Source of the DNA: Clostridia bacterium
GTDB taxonomy: Bacteria; Bacillota; Clostridia; Saccharofermentanales; DTU023
Direction: 5' to 3'
NCBI GenBank assembly: GCA_040767365.1
Contig: JAXGOR010000002.1
Span: 247,150-311,149, forward strand
Length of the DNA stretch: 64,000 bases
A model generated the notes under the pieces. It did not search any database, was not told where the DNA came from, and worked only from the letters and a program-made list of their open reading frames with translations. Position 1 is the stretch's first letter. Each line of letters begins with the position of its first letter. The translations under genes were made by a program, and so were the position numbers. Below, piece by piece: positions 20,213 to 30,755 of the stretch.

Positions 20213-22063
20213 TTAAAAGGGCTCTGTTTCCTCCAGGACAAAGGCGAGTTCATCACCTCCAAGGTAGGGCGTGATGGCCTCCCGGACCGCCAGGTTATAG
20301 TCATTCAGCCAGTCGAGCTCTTCCCCTGTCAGCAGGGCGGGGTCTATGGCCTCCCTGTCGAAGGGGACGAAGGTCATGGTCTGGAAGCGGAGGAAGAGGT
20401 CACCCGCCTCGTTCAGGGTCAGCTCCCGGTCCTGGAAGCTGACCGATTCGCCCTTGATCAGGAGATCACGGTTGATGGGCAGGACAAGATAGTCATTTTC
20501 CAGGCGGATCCCATGTTGGCCCTGGCGGTAGATGCCGGGTTCGATGGTGATGACCAGGCCCTCCACAAAACCGAAGTTGCCCAGCTCCGGGTTGGGGGTC
20601 AGGCGCTGGGGTCCCTCGTGGACGCCGAGCAGGTAGCCAAAACCGTGCCCGGTTCCGCACTTGTAGTCCAGCCCCTGCCGCCACATGACCGACCGGGCGA
20701 TGGCGTCGAGCGCCGTCCCGCTCGTGCCCGACAGGAAGGGAAGCGAGGCCAGGGCGATATGGGATTTCAGGGTCAGGGTGTAATCACGCCTTTCCTGGTC
20801 CGTCAGGGGGCCCAGGGAGATGGTCCGGGTGATATCCGTAGTCCCCTCATAGCTTTGGGCCCCGCAATCGACCAGGTAGAAGCCCCGGGGCTCCAGGCGG
20901 CTGTACTGCTCAGGCGTCGCCTGGTAATGCATCATGGCGGCATTGGCCCCATAGGCGGAGATGGTGGGAAAGCTCTCCGTGATGAAGAGGTCCGATTCCG
21001 CCCGGTAGTGGTGGAGTTTTTCAGCCAGCTCGATCTCGCCCAGCCCCTCCCCAGCCTTCCGCTTCACATAGTGGAGGTAGCGGGCCACCGCGACACTGTC
21101 ACGGATCCCGGCCCGGAACTGGTTTTGGATCTCGACCGGATTGAGAACCGCCTTCATCTGGTGGGGGTAGTCAAGCCGCTTTTTCAGGAGCTTGACCCCC
21201 TCCGGCAGGGCCCTGACCAGGGCCCGGCTGACCCGGTCCGGATTGGCGGCCAAGAGGCCGGGTGACAGGCTTCCCAGCTGGGTCACCAAGTCTTCGTAGG
21301 CCAGGAGCTGGACGCCCTGTCCCTCCAGGATCAAGACCAGGCGGCCGTCCAGCTTGACGGGGTCGATGAAGAGGAAGGCCTGGTCGGCCGTGACCAGGGA
21401 AAAGGCCAGGGCGACCGGGTTGTGGGGGACATCCCCTCCCCTGAAATTCATGAGCCAGGCGATGTCATCCAGGCCGACAAAAAGGGCGTAGTCGGCGCCG
21501 TCCTCCGCCATGGAAGCGCGGATCCGGCCGATCTTCTCCCCCGTGTCACTGCCGGTATAGGACCGGTCGAGGGGGAAGACGGGCTCCGTGGGCAGGGGGG
21601 GCCGGTTCTCCCATAGGGGGCCGACCGGATCCAGGTCGGTGACCAGGGTGATCTCCCTTTTACCCAGTTTTTCCTCCAGCAGCAAGGCGAGGGCTTCAGG
21701 CAGGAGGCGGCCGTCAGCGGCCAGGCGGCCACCTGGGGGCAGGGAGTCACCCAACCAGTCCTCAACGGAAGGGACCCCGGGCGCGCCCTGCTTCATGAGC
21801 TCAAAGGGGGTCCCGGCAAGCTGGGCCTCTGCCTGGATATGGTAGCGGCCATCCGCCCAGAGGAGGGCCCGGTCGGCGGTGACGACAGCGGTACCCGCGG
21901 AACCGGTGAAACCGGTCAGCCAGGCCCTGGCCTGGTAGTGGGGGGCCACATACTCCGAATCGTGCGGATCGGCCGTCCCGATATAGGAGGCGTCGACCGC
22001 CTCTTCCCTCATGAGGGCCCGAAGTTTCTCCAGCTTCTCGTTGACTGTCAGCATAGTTATCAC
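20213..22063 (-). CDS. M24-family Xaa-Pro aminopeptidase (aminopeptidase P-like)
   Basis: 616 aa. Creatinase/prolidase-like N-terminal domains, then the pita-bread catalytic domain (YLVDCGAQ, GTGHGFGYLLGVHEGP, ITIEPG). Confidence 0.8.
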   Translation of the reverse strand: MITMLTVNEKLEKLRALMREEAVDASYIGTADPHDSEYVAPHYQARAWLTGFTGSAGTAVVTADRALLWADGRYHIQAEAQLAGTPFELMKQGAPGVPSVEDWLGDSLPPGGRLAADGRLLPEALALLLEEKLGKREITLVTDLDPVGPLWENRPPLPTEPVFPLDRSYTGSDTGEKIGRIRASMAEDGADYALFVGLDDIAWLMNFRGGDVPHNPVALAFSLVTADQAFLFIDPVKLDGRLVLILEGQGVQLLAYEDLVTQLGSLSPGLLAANPDRVSRALVRALPEGVKLLKKRLDYPHQMKAVLNPVEIQNQFRAGIRDSVAVARYLHYVKRKAGEGLGEIELAEKLHHYRAESDLFITESFPTISAYGANAAMMHYQATPEQYSRLEPRGFYLVDCGAQSYEGTTDITRTISLGPLTDQERRDYTLTLKSHIALASLPFLSGTSGTALDAIARSVMWRQGLDYKCGTGHGFGYLLGVHEGPQRLTPNPELGNFGFVEGLVITIEPGIYRQGQHGIRLENDYLVLPINRDLLIKGESVSFQDRELTLNEAGDLFLRFQTMTFVPFDREAIDPALLTGEELDWLNDYNLAVREAITPYLGGDELAFVLEETEPF

Positions 22064-22196
22064 CTGTTTGTCTGAAATTTATTCTGTCATTCATTGTAAC
22101 ATCGGAGGGCGACCGGCCCGCATGGTGTAGAATGTGTCGCAACACCCAAAGGGCCTGCCGGCGGGCAGGCAGTGGGGAAAGGGATGGAACGGGAGC

Positions 22197-22940
22197 ATGG
22201 ACAGACAAAAGACAGCGCTGGTGACGGGCGGGGCCCGTGGCATCGGCCGTGCCATATCGAAGGCCCTGGGCCGGGACGGCTACCGGGTCCTGATCAATTA
22301 TTTCAGGTCCGAAAAGGAGGCCCTTGAGCTCCAGGCCGAGCTGGCGGAGGATGGCTGTGAGGCCCGCCTGCTCCGCGCCGATATCGCCAGTCCCAAGGCC
22401 GTCCGGGACATGGTCGCTGAGGCCCTCCTTGAAGCCGGCAGGATCCATGCCCTGGTCAACAACGCGGGGCTGGCCGCCTGGGGCCTGCTGACCGAGACGC
22501 CCGAGGAGACCTGGGACCGGGTCCTGGCCACCAACCTGAAATCCGGTTACCTGCTCTCCAAGGCCCTCCTGCCCAACATGATCCAGAATGGTTCGGGCAG
22601 TATCGTCAACGTATCCTCCATCTGGGGTGTCCTGGGCGCCTCCTGTGAAGCCGCCTATTCGGCCAGCAAGGCGGGCCTGATCGGCCTCACCCGGGCGCTG
22701 GCCCAAGAGGTGGCGCCGGCCGGTATCCGGGTCAACGCCGTGTCGCCCGGCATCATCCAGACCGACATGCTCTGCGGTTTCGATGAGGATGAGCTGCAGG
22801 CCCTGGCCGATAAGACCCCGCTGGGCCGGATCGGAAACGCGGAGGAAGTCGCCGAGGCGGTCGCCTTCCTGGTCTCCGACCGGGCCTCCTTCATAACCGG
22901 TCAGGTCCTCAGCGTGGACGGGGGCTTCACCTGCCAGTAA
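22197..22940 (+). CDS. Short-chain dehydrogenase/reductase (3-oxoacyl-ACP reductase-like)
   Basis: TGGARGIGRAI cofactor motif, NNAG, catalytic YSASKAG. I prefer the internal ATG at 22197 (MDRQKTALVTGG). Confidence 0.8.
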   Translation: MDRQKTALVTGGARGIGRAISKALGRDGYRVLINYFRSEKEALELQAELAEDGCEARLLRADIASPKAVRDMVAEALLEAGRIHALVNNAGLAAWGLLTETPEETWDRVLATNLKSGYLLSKALLPNMIQNGSGSIVNVSSIWGVLGASCEAAYSASKAGLIGLTRALAQEVAPAGIRVNAVSPGIIQTDMLCGFDEDELQALADKTPLGRIGNAEEVAEAVAFLVSDRASFITGQVLSVDGGFTCQ

Positions 22941-22949
22941 GCCGGTATC

Positions 22950-24953
22950 CTATTTGAGGAGTTCCGGGTGGGGCAGCTGGCTCTCCGCCTTATCGTAGCT
23001 GAGCGGTGTATCACCCGTCATCAGGGTGTCTATGATCATCTCGTTTCGCCAGGTCGCTTCAGCGAAGGGGAAGTAGGGATACTCCCTCGCCAGGTAGGCC
23101 TGCATGGCGGCCTGGTCCGGCATTCGTTTGGGTTCCTGCAGGGGCAGGACCCTGTCATGTTCGACATCGTAGGCAGTCCTGGCCGACAGGATGAGGGCGC
23201 CCTCACCCACCCGGGCGATATCCCTGATCAGGGCCTCGAAGTCCAGTCCCTTCACCACGAAGAATTCCATAAAACCCTCCGTATCGTCACCGACGATGAA
23301 GACCGGCAGTACGGACTTGTTGTAATAGTTGCTTGTGGGAACGCCCTCCTCCAGCTCCTCTATGACCCTGTCCAGGGTCTTGAATTCCTCATAGATCATG
23401 TTCCTGTCATGAGCTGACGGGACAGGCAGGGACAGCTCTTCCGCGTAAAAACCGTATTCTCCATGACCGCCGAAGGCCGCCAGGAAATAGAGATAGCCAT
23501 CCTTGTAGATCAGGTCGCTGATACCTGAGGCGTAGAAGCCGAGCAGTTTCAAACCGCCGGAGCTTTCGGTGAAAACGGCCCAATAGCCACTCAGGTCTAC
23601 ACCCCCGTAGGACTCACAGGCGCAGTGGACCACATGCTCGAGGATGCCGTCCCCATCAAGGTCCAGGCTGGCGTATTCGTAAACCGGCTCCGTGACCAGG
23701 TTCTCCAGGAGGGCCGCGTTGGGCTGATTGATAGCCTCCTGGTCCGTGGCATAGGGGGGCATACAGTAGCGCCATTCGAAAAAGGCGGGGTTGTTTTTCA
23801 GCATGTGGACGACCTCGGCCCATTCCGCCTCGGCGTCCGCCTCCTTTTGGTCGGGCACGATCCCGGGCTGGGGGCTTACGGTCAGAAGATCCCGCATATA
23901 GGCGCTGTTGAAGTAGACCGGGCTACCGTAAAGCTCCTTGGCGTACCAGGCGGGGTCAGGACCTGCCTGGGTGGTGTCCTGGACGCAGAACATGTGATCC
24001 TCGTCGGCGGGCACCCATTCCACGGGGATCACATCAATACCCTGGAGCCCCTGGGCCACCATGTCCGCTATGAGGGCATTGCTTTCATCGTGGGTCAAGA
24101 GGTCGATGCTGACGGTATTGGCCTCCAATTCCATGCCGGACTGATAATCCCTCAGGGAAGCATACTGATAAGTGATGGCCTGGCGGTGGGTGACAAGGAA
24201 GCCATTCTCTGTCGGTATGACAAAGATCATACGGGCCGCCTCCGGGTCATCGCGGAGATCGATGGCAATATTCAATTCAGGATGCTGGTAGAAATAGACC
24301 GGGTTGGCGCCCAGGTGCTGGGCCTCGTAAGGATCCAGCGCGTTCAACCTTTCCTCAAAGACGGAGACAAGGGGAAGCTCCGGCTCTGTCTCCGTCGGCC
24401 GCGGGGTCGTGGCCACGGTCGTTGTCGGGGTGGTAGTTGTGGTCTTCCGGGTGGGTTCCGGTTCCTCCCCCTTGTCTTTTCTCAGGACAAGGACGTAGAC
24501 GGCGGCGCCTATGGCGCCCAGGAGGATGACCCCGGCCAGGACGATGGCGGCGATGGCCCCGGCCCCCATCTTCTTTTTCGGGGGAGGCGGTGGATAGGGT
24601 CCGGGATAGCCTGGTGGGGGCTGGCCGGCCGGCGGATAGCCGGGATCGGGGGCCTGGGGATTGGGGTAGCCTGGGGGCGGGGTAGCTTGCGGAGCGCCTC
24701 CTGGCGGCGGACCATAGCCCGGGGGCGGTGGGACAGCCGGAGGCACTCCTTCTGGCGGTGGTGCTTGGGCGGGTGGGGCAGGCGGCGGAGTGTAGCCCGG
24801 AGGCGGAGGGGTAGCCGGGGGCATTCCCTCTGGTGGCGCCTCCTGGGTGGGCGGGGTTTCCGGCGGAGCGTAGCCTTGATCATTTTTGTCAGGTGAAGTG
24901 GGATCTGGCATAGAAGGGAACCTCCACAGTTTGATGTCCCCATTATAGGGCAT
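22950..24953 (-). CDS. Proline-rich single-pass membrane protein, function unknown
   Basis: About 125 aa of PPxG/PPPG repeats, then a TM helix (GAGAIAAIVLAGVILLGAIGAAVYVLVL), a Thr-rich linker and a roughly 480-aa extracytoplasmic domain containing DLDGDG. Confidence 0.5.
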   Translation of the reverse strand: MPYNGDIKLWRFPSMPDPTSPDKNDQGYAPPETPPTQEAPPEGMPPATPPPPGYTPPPAPPAQAPPPEGVPPAVPPPPGYGPPPGGAPQATPPPGYPNPQAPDPGYPPAGQPPPGYPGPYPPPPPKKKMGAGAIAAIVLAGVILLGAIGAAVYVLVLRKDKGEEPEPTRKTTTTTPTTTVATTPRPTETEPELPLVSVFEERLNALDPYEAQHLGANPVYFYQHPELNIAIDLRDDPEAARMIFVIPTENGFLVTHRQAITYQYASLRDYQSGMELEANTVSIDLLTHDESNALIADMVAQGLQGIDVIPVEWVPADEDHMFCVQDTTQAGPDPAWYAKELYGSPVYFNSAYMRDLLTVSPQPGIVPDQKEADAEAEWAEVVHMLKNNPAFFEWRYCMPPYATDQEAINQPNAALLENLVTEPVYEYASLDLDGDGILEHVVHCACESYGGVDLSGYWAVFTESSGGLKLLGFYASGISDLIYKDGYLYFLAAFGGHGEYGFYAEELSLPVPSAHDRNMIYEEFKTLDRVIEELEEGVPTSNYYNKSVLPVFIVGDDTEGFMEFFVVKGLDFEALIRDIARVGEGALILSARTAYDVEHDRVLPLQEPKRMPDQAAMQAYLAREYPYFPFAEATWRNEMIIDTLMTGDTPLSYDKAESQLPHPELLK

Positions 24954-25033
24954 GGCGACCCTGTAAAGTACAGGCCGGGTTTACCGCCGGTTCCAGCCCG
25001 CAAGCTGTTGACAGGGGAACAAGCAGACAAGAA

Positions 25034-25065
25034 GGCCGCCCCGCGTCTTCCGGCGCGGGGCGGCC
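25034..25065 (-). terminator. Putative intrinsic terminator downstream of eno
   Basis: GC-rich hairpin ggccgccccgcg-(loop)-cgcggggcggcc, 22 nt past the eno stop. On the minus strand it is followed by a T-containing tract. Confidence 0.5.
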
Positions 25066-25086
25066 TCAATCGGACAGGAGGAATAA

Positions 25087-26418
<1,332 letters not shown>

Positions 26419-26492
26419 TCATCAAGGGAATTTTTACGATCCAAGCTGTAGTATAGCAAAACAGGACCGGGAGGGTATGACAGGAATAGGAT

Positions 26493-27845
26493 TTACTCCT
26501 CGAAGTCCTTGGGTACCGCCCGCCAGGAGATCAGGAGGATCAGGATCTGGGCGGCCGAGGTGAAGAAGAGGAGGTAGGCGATGGGGAAGACATCCGCCAG
26601 GGGCCCAAAGATGATGGCCCCGAAGGGGATGGCGGCCGATCCGATCATGTAGAGCAGGGAGAAGACCCGGCCGTGATAGGCGCGTTCAACCTGTTCCTGG
26701 AAGAAGGTGGTGACGGCCGTGGTGTAGAAGGGGACGATGGTTCCCAGACCGAAGGCCAGCAGGATGAAGAGGGCGAAGAGGGGTGAGTCAAAGACCCCGA
26801 AGAAGGCGAGTCCCAGGGTCCCCGCCGCCACCAGGAAGCCCGACCTCCGGATGGTCTTGAGCTTGCTCTTGAACTTGCCCTTGATGGAGACGGCCAACCC
26901 CCCTATGGCCATGCCGGTGAAGACGGCGGTCTGGGCCGCCGAGATCCGCCAGGCCGCCGCGTCAAAGTGGCGGCGGATGAAGAGGGGGAAGAGGGTGGCG
27001 ATGGGTGACAGGAGGACCATGAAGAGGGCGTAGACCAGCATGAGGTTCCGGATGACCAGATGTTTGCTCACGTAGGCGAAGCCCTTCCGGAACTGCCGCA
27101 TGACCGGCTCGTGGGGGAGGTCCTCATCCTCAAGTTCGGCCTGGCTTTCCGCGGTCTCAAGCTCCAGTTCCTCCCGGCTGGGGAAGCCCCATTCCTGACC
27201 GGCTTTCAGCCTCGGTTTCCTTCCTGTTACCGTCAATACCTGGCCCGTCCGCTGATGGGGGATGGGGAGCCAGAGCATGATGGCGACGGCGACGGCCGCT
27301 GTCACCACATCCACCATGAAGACGATCCAGACCGGGAAGAGGGTGATGAGGGCCCCGCCCAGGACAGGGGACAGGAGGAGGACAACATTGTCAATGGTGC
27401 TGTAGAAGCCATTCAGCCGGACCAGTTCACTTCTGGGGGTGATCTGGGGGATCAGGGCCTTGATGGCGGGGCTTTGGATCCCCCCGCCCAGGGATCGGAT
27501 GGCCGCGGCGATGTAGATCATCCAGACCCGGTCGTAGCCGAAGAAGAAGAGGAGGGCGGTCGCCAGCGTCACCAGGGCGATGGCCGAGTCTGACAGGATG
27601 ATGAGCCAGCGCCTGTCATGGCGGTCGGCCCAGACACCGGCAAAGGGGGCGACCACCAACTGGGGGATGAAGGAGGTCAGCGTGATGATCATGAGGGCCG
27701 TGCCGGAGTTGGCGCGGAGGGTGACAAACCAGATGATGGCGAACTGAACCAGGCCTGATCCCAGGATCGATACAGCCTGGCCGGACAAAAAAGCAGCGCC
27801 AATGCCCTTCCAGCGTTGAGTCAGCTTCTGAACATCTCCCTGCAT
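26493..27845 (-). CDS. MFS transporter
   Basis: 450 aa with about 12 hydrophobic helices and a central charged loop. The motif GVWADRHDRR follows TM2. Confidence 0.75.
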   Translation of the reverse strand: MQGDVQKLTQRWKGIGAAFLSGQAVSILGSGLVQFAIIWFVTLRANSGTALMIITLTSFIPQLVVAPFAGVWADRHDRRWLIILSDSAIALVTLATALLFFFGYDRVWMIYIAAAIRSLGGGIQSPAIKALIPQITPRSELVRLNGFYSTIDNVVLLLSPVLGGALITLFPVWIVFMVDVVTAAVAVAIMLWLPIPHQRTGQVLTVTGRKPRLKAGQEWGFPSREELELETAESQAELEDEDLPHEPVMRQFRKGFAYVSKHLVIRNLMLVYALFMVLLSPIATLFPLFIRRHFDAAAWRISAAQTAVFTGMAIGGLAVSIKGKFKSKLKTIRRSGFLVAAGTLGLAFFGVFDSPLFALFILLAFGLGTIVPFYTTAVTTFFQEQVERAYHGRVFSLLYMIGSAAIPFGAIIFGPLADVFPIAYLLFFTSAAQILILLISWRAVPKDFEE

Positions 27846-27930
27846 GCAAAAAAGTATAGCATGTCAGGCTGGGTGGGTGGACAAACCTGCGTTTGGGGAT
27901 AGGCCGGGCCTGTGTTATGGTATGCCACGC

Positions 27931-29304
27931 ATGAATGAAGAAAACAGATTGGCAACCCGCAGTATTCCCCGGCTTCTGCTGGCTTTTTCCCTGCCGGCCG
28001 TCATCGGGCTCCTGGTCAATGCCCTCTACAATATTGTCGACAGTATGTTCGTAGGCCGCGGGGTCGGTGACCTGGCCCTGGCCGGTGTGACAGTCTCCTT
28101 CCCCATCATGACCCTCTTTATTGCCTGCGTCACCCTGGCAGGCATGGGGGCGACCGCCCTGATCTCCCTTTATCTGGGGGAGGGCAGGCGGGAGGAGGCC
28201 GAGACCGTCGCCGGCAATGCCGTGATCCTCTTTGTCCTCATAGGCCTGGGCCTGGCTTCCCTGGGCCTGCTTTTCCTCGACAGGATCCTTGTCCTCTTTG
28301 GCGCCAGCCCGGAGGTGCTTCCCTACGCCAGGGCTTATATGCAGATTATATTGCCCGGCAGCGTCTTCATGGCTATCGGCACCGGCATGAACAACTTCAT
28401 CCGGGCCGAAGGCAATCCCAGAGTGGCTATGAACACCATGCTGATCGGCACCATGGTCAACATCGTCCTGGACTATGTCTTCATCTTCATTTTTTCCTGG
28501 GGCATCCGGGGGGCGGCCCTGGCGACTGTCCTGGCCTACCTGGTGACCTCCACCTGGGTCCTCTATCATTTCTTTGCCGGCCGGAGCACCCTTAAACTCA
28601 GATCCCATCATTTCAGGCTCCAGGCCGCTGCCGTATCCGCGATCCTGAAACTGGGCCTGCCAAGCTTCACCGTCCAGGTAACCAGCAGCATCCAGCAACT
28701 CATGCTCAACCGCCGCCTGGCTCACTATGGGGGTGATCTGGCCCTGGCCGCCATCGGCATCATCATGAGCATCACCACCTTCCTGATCCTGCCAGCCATG
28801 GGCATCAGCCAGGGAGCCCAACCCCTTTTGGGCTTCAACAAAGGGGCCGGGCAGTATGGCCGGGTCAAGGAAACCCTGAAACTGGCCACCCTGGCGGCAA
28901 CCGCCGTCATCGTAGTCGGCTCCACCGCGGCCAGGCTCTGGCCGACCCAGCTGATCGGCCTCTTCAACCGGAACCCCGACCTGATTGACCTGGGTGTCCA
29001 CGGCATGGGGATTTTCTTCAAGCTCATCCCCCTGGTCGGTGTTCAGATGTTGGGCACCTCCTATTTCCAGTCCATCGGCAAGGCCAGGGAGGCTACCTGG
29101 CTGGCCCTCTCAAGGCAGATCCTGATCTTCATCCCCCTCCTGGTCATCCTGCCCTACTTCCGGGGCCTGGAGGGGGTCTGGTGGTCGGCCCCCCTATCCG
29201 ACTTGGGGGCCTTCCTCTTCACCGGTGCCTGGCTTCTGAAGGAAATCCGCTCCCTCAAGGAAGCCGAGCTCGCTCAGGAGGAGATCCCCGTCGAAAGTTC
29301 CTAG
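27931..29304 (+). CDS. MATE-family efflux transporter
   Basis: MNEENRLATRSIPRLLLAFSLPAVIGLLVNALYNIVDSMFVG is a typical MATE N-terminus, followed by 12 TM helices. I prefer ATG at 27931 over 27844. Confidence 0.85.
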   Translation: MNEENRLATRSIPRLLLAFSLPAVIGLLVNALYNIVDSMFVGRGVGDLALAGVTVSFPIMTLFIACVTLAGMGATALISLYLGEGRREEAETVAGNAVILFVLIGLGLASLGLLFLDRILVLFGASPEVLPYARAYMQIILPGSVFMAIGTGMNNFIRAEGNPRVAMNTMLIGTMVNIVLDYVFIFIFSWGIRGAALATVLAYLVTSTWVLYHFFAGRSTLKLRSHHFRLQAAAVSAILKLGLPSFTVQVTSSIQQLMLNRRLAHYGGDLALAAIGIIMSITTFLILPAMGISQGAQPLLGFNKGAGQYGRVKETLKLATLAATAVIVVGSTAARLWPTQLIGLFNRNPDLIDLGVHGMGIFFKLIPLVGVQMLGTSYFQSIGKAREATWLALSRQILIFIPLLVILPYFRGLEGVWWSAPLSDLGAFLFTGAWLLKEIRSLKEAELAQEEIPVESS

Positions 29305-29422
29305 TAAAAAACAAGGTCTATTTGCTAGACTTGTAGGAATCGAATATCCAGGTCCCCAAGGGCCCCGGCAAGGATCCGGAGAGGGACGACCGGCTGCCTG
29401 GCGGAGGAAAGGAAGCAAGATC

Positions 29423-30676
29423 ATGACTTTTCAGGAACGGACAGAGGAAGCCAACAAAAAGGCCATTGAGCGGATACAAAAGTCCGGGATTGACCTGACC
29501 GGTGTCGGCAGGGCCTCGGAGGAGATCGCCGTCTTCTCGGACCAGGCCTATACCCTGACCCACAGCGGGCCACCGGTGGCCTGGGAGCATATGTGCCCGG
29601 CCATGAAAAACTCCATCCTGGGTGCCATTGTCTATGAGGGTTGGGCGCCCGATTTGGAGCAGGCCCAGATATTCGCGGCAAGCGGCCGGATCCGCTTTGT
29701 CAGCAACAATGACAGCCACTGTGTCGCACCTATGTCTGGCATCATATCACCCAGTATGCCTGTTTTCATCTTCAAGAACAGGACCTATGGGAATGTCACC
29801 CACACCAACCTGAACGAGGGCCTGGGGAAGACCCTCCGCTTCGGCGCCTTCGATGACGGTGTGCTCGACCGCCTGATCTGGATGCGGGATGTCCTGGGTC
29901 CCATGCTGGGGGAAGCCCTGGAGCTGTCGGGTCCTGTCGACCTGACCGAGATGTCCGCCAGGGGTATCCGGAGGGGGGACGACTGCCATAACAGGAACAC
30001 CGCCTCCACCGCCCTTTTCATCCGTTATATGGCCAAGTGGCTGGTGAGGACGGGCTTCAGCAAGGAAGCCATTGCCAGGGCCCTGGACTTCATCGACTCC
30101 AACGACCATTTCTATCTCAACCTCTCCATCGGCAGCTGCAAGGCGACCATGGACGCCGCCTCCAATATTCCGGACAGTTCGGTCGTCACCTGTATGACCG
30201 CCAACGGCTACAGCTTCGGGATCAAGGTCTCTGGCTGCGGGGACGAATGGTTCACGGTCCCCTCCCCCTACGCCGTCGGCAACTACTTTGAGGGCTATTC
30301 AATCGATGACGCCAACCCCACCGTGGGGGACTCCTATATCACGGAGACGTCGGGGATCGGGGCCTTTGCCATGGCGGCCGCGCTCGGGATCGGCAGCTTC
30401 ATCGGGGTCGACGTGGAGCGGCTGAAGCAGCTCAGCCTGGATATGTACAAGATCACGATCGCGGAAAGCGACCACTTCCAGATCCCGGTCTTCGGCTACC
30501 GGGGGACGCCCCTGGGCATCGATGTCCGCAAGATCGTAAAGTCGGGTGACCGGCCCATCATCAATACCGGCATCGCCCATAAGGAGCCCGGCATCGGCCA
30601 GATCGGCGCCGGCTTCTTCTACACCCCCCTGGAATGTTTCCAGGCGGCTTATGACCGCCTCCTGGCCAATTCCTAG
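29423..30676 (+). CDS. DUF1116 (YlbE/AllH-like) protein
   Basis: The motifs NLNEGLGKTLRFGAF and INTGIAHKEPGIGQIGAG, and the 417-aa size, match my recollection of E. coli YlbE. Confidence 0.6.
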   Translation: MTFQERTEEANKKAIERIQKSGIDLTGVGRASEEIAVFSDQAYTLTHSGPPVAWEHMCPAMKNSILGAIVYEGWAPDLEQAQIFAASGRIRFVSNNDSHCVAPMSGIISPSMPVFIFKNRTYGNVTHTNLNEGLGKTLRFGAFDDGVLDRLIWMRDVLGPMLGEALELSGPVDLTEMSARGIRRGDDCHNRNTASTALFIRYMAKWLVRTGFSKEAIARALDFIDSNDHFYLNLSIGSCKATMDAASNIPDSSVVTCMTANGYSFGIKVSGCGDEWFTVPSPYAVGNYFEGYSIDDANPTVGDSYITETSGIGAFAMAAALGIGSFIGVDVERLKQLSLDMYKITIAESDHFQIPVFGYRGTPLGIDVRKIVKSGDRPIINTGIAHKEPGIGQIGAGFFYTPLECFQAAYDRLLANS

Positions 30677-30755
30677 CTGCGGCGGCCTTGGTGCCGGGAA
30701 GGTCAGGTCTATGAGAGAATGAAGTTCAAATAGAAGAGTCTGAAAGGGGTTGGGT

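Noticed and set aside
21801-22706. 301-aa minus-strand ORF spanning the pepP-SDR intergenic region and the SDR gene.
   Set aside because: It overlaps two well-supported genes, and the translation is Gly/Arg/Pro-rich. I treat it as spurious.
27616-29001. 461-aa minus-strand ORF overlapping the MFS 5' end and most of the MATE gene.
   Set aside because: It is antisense to a clear MATE transporter. It is a Gly/Asp/Pro/His-rich low-complexity translation, which makes it a GC-rich shadow ORF.
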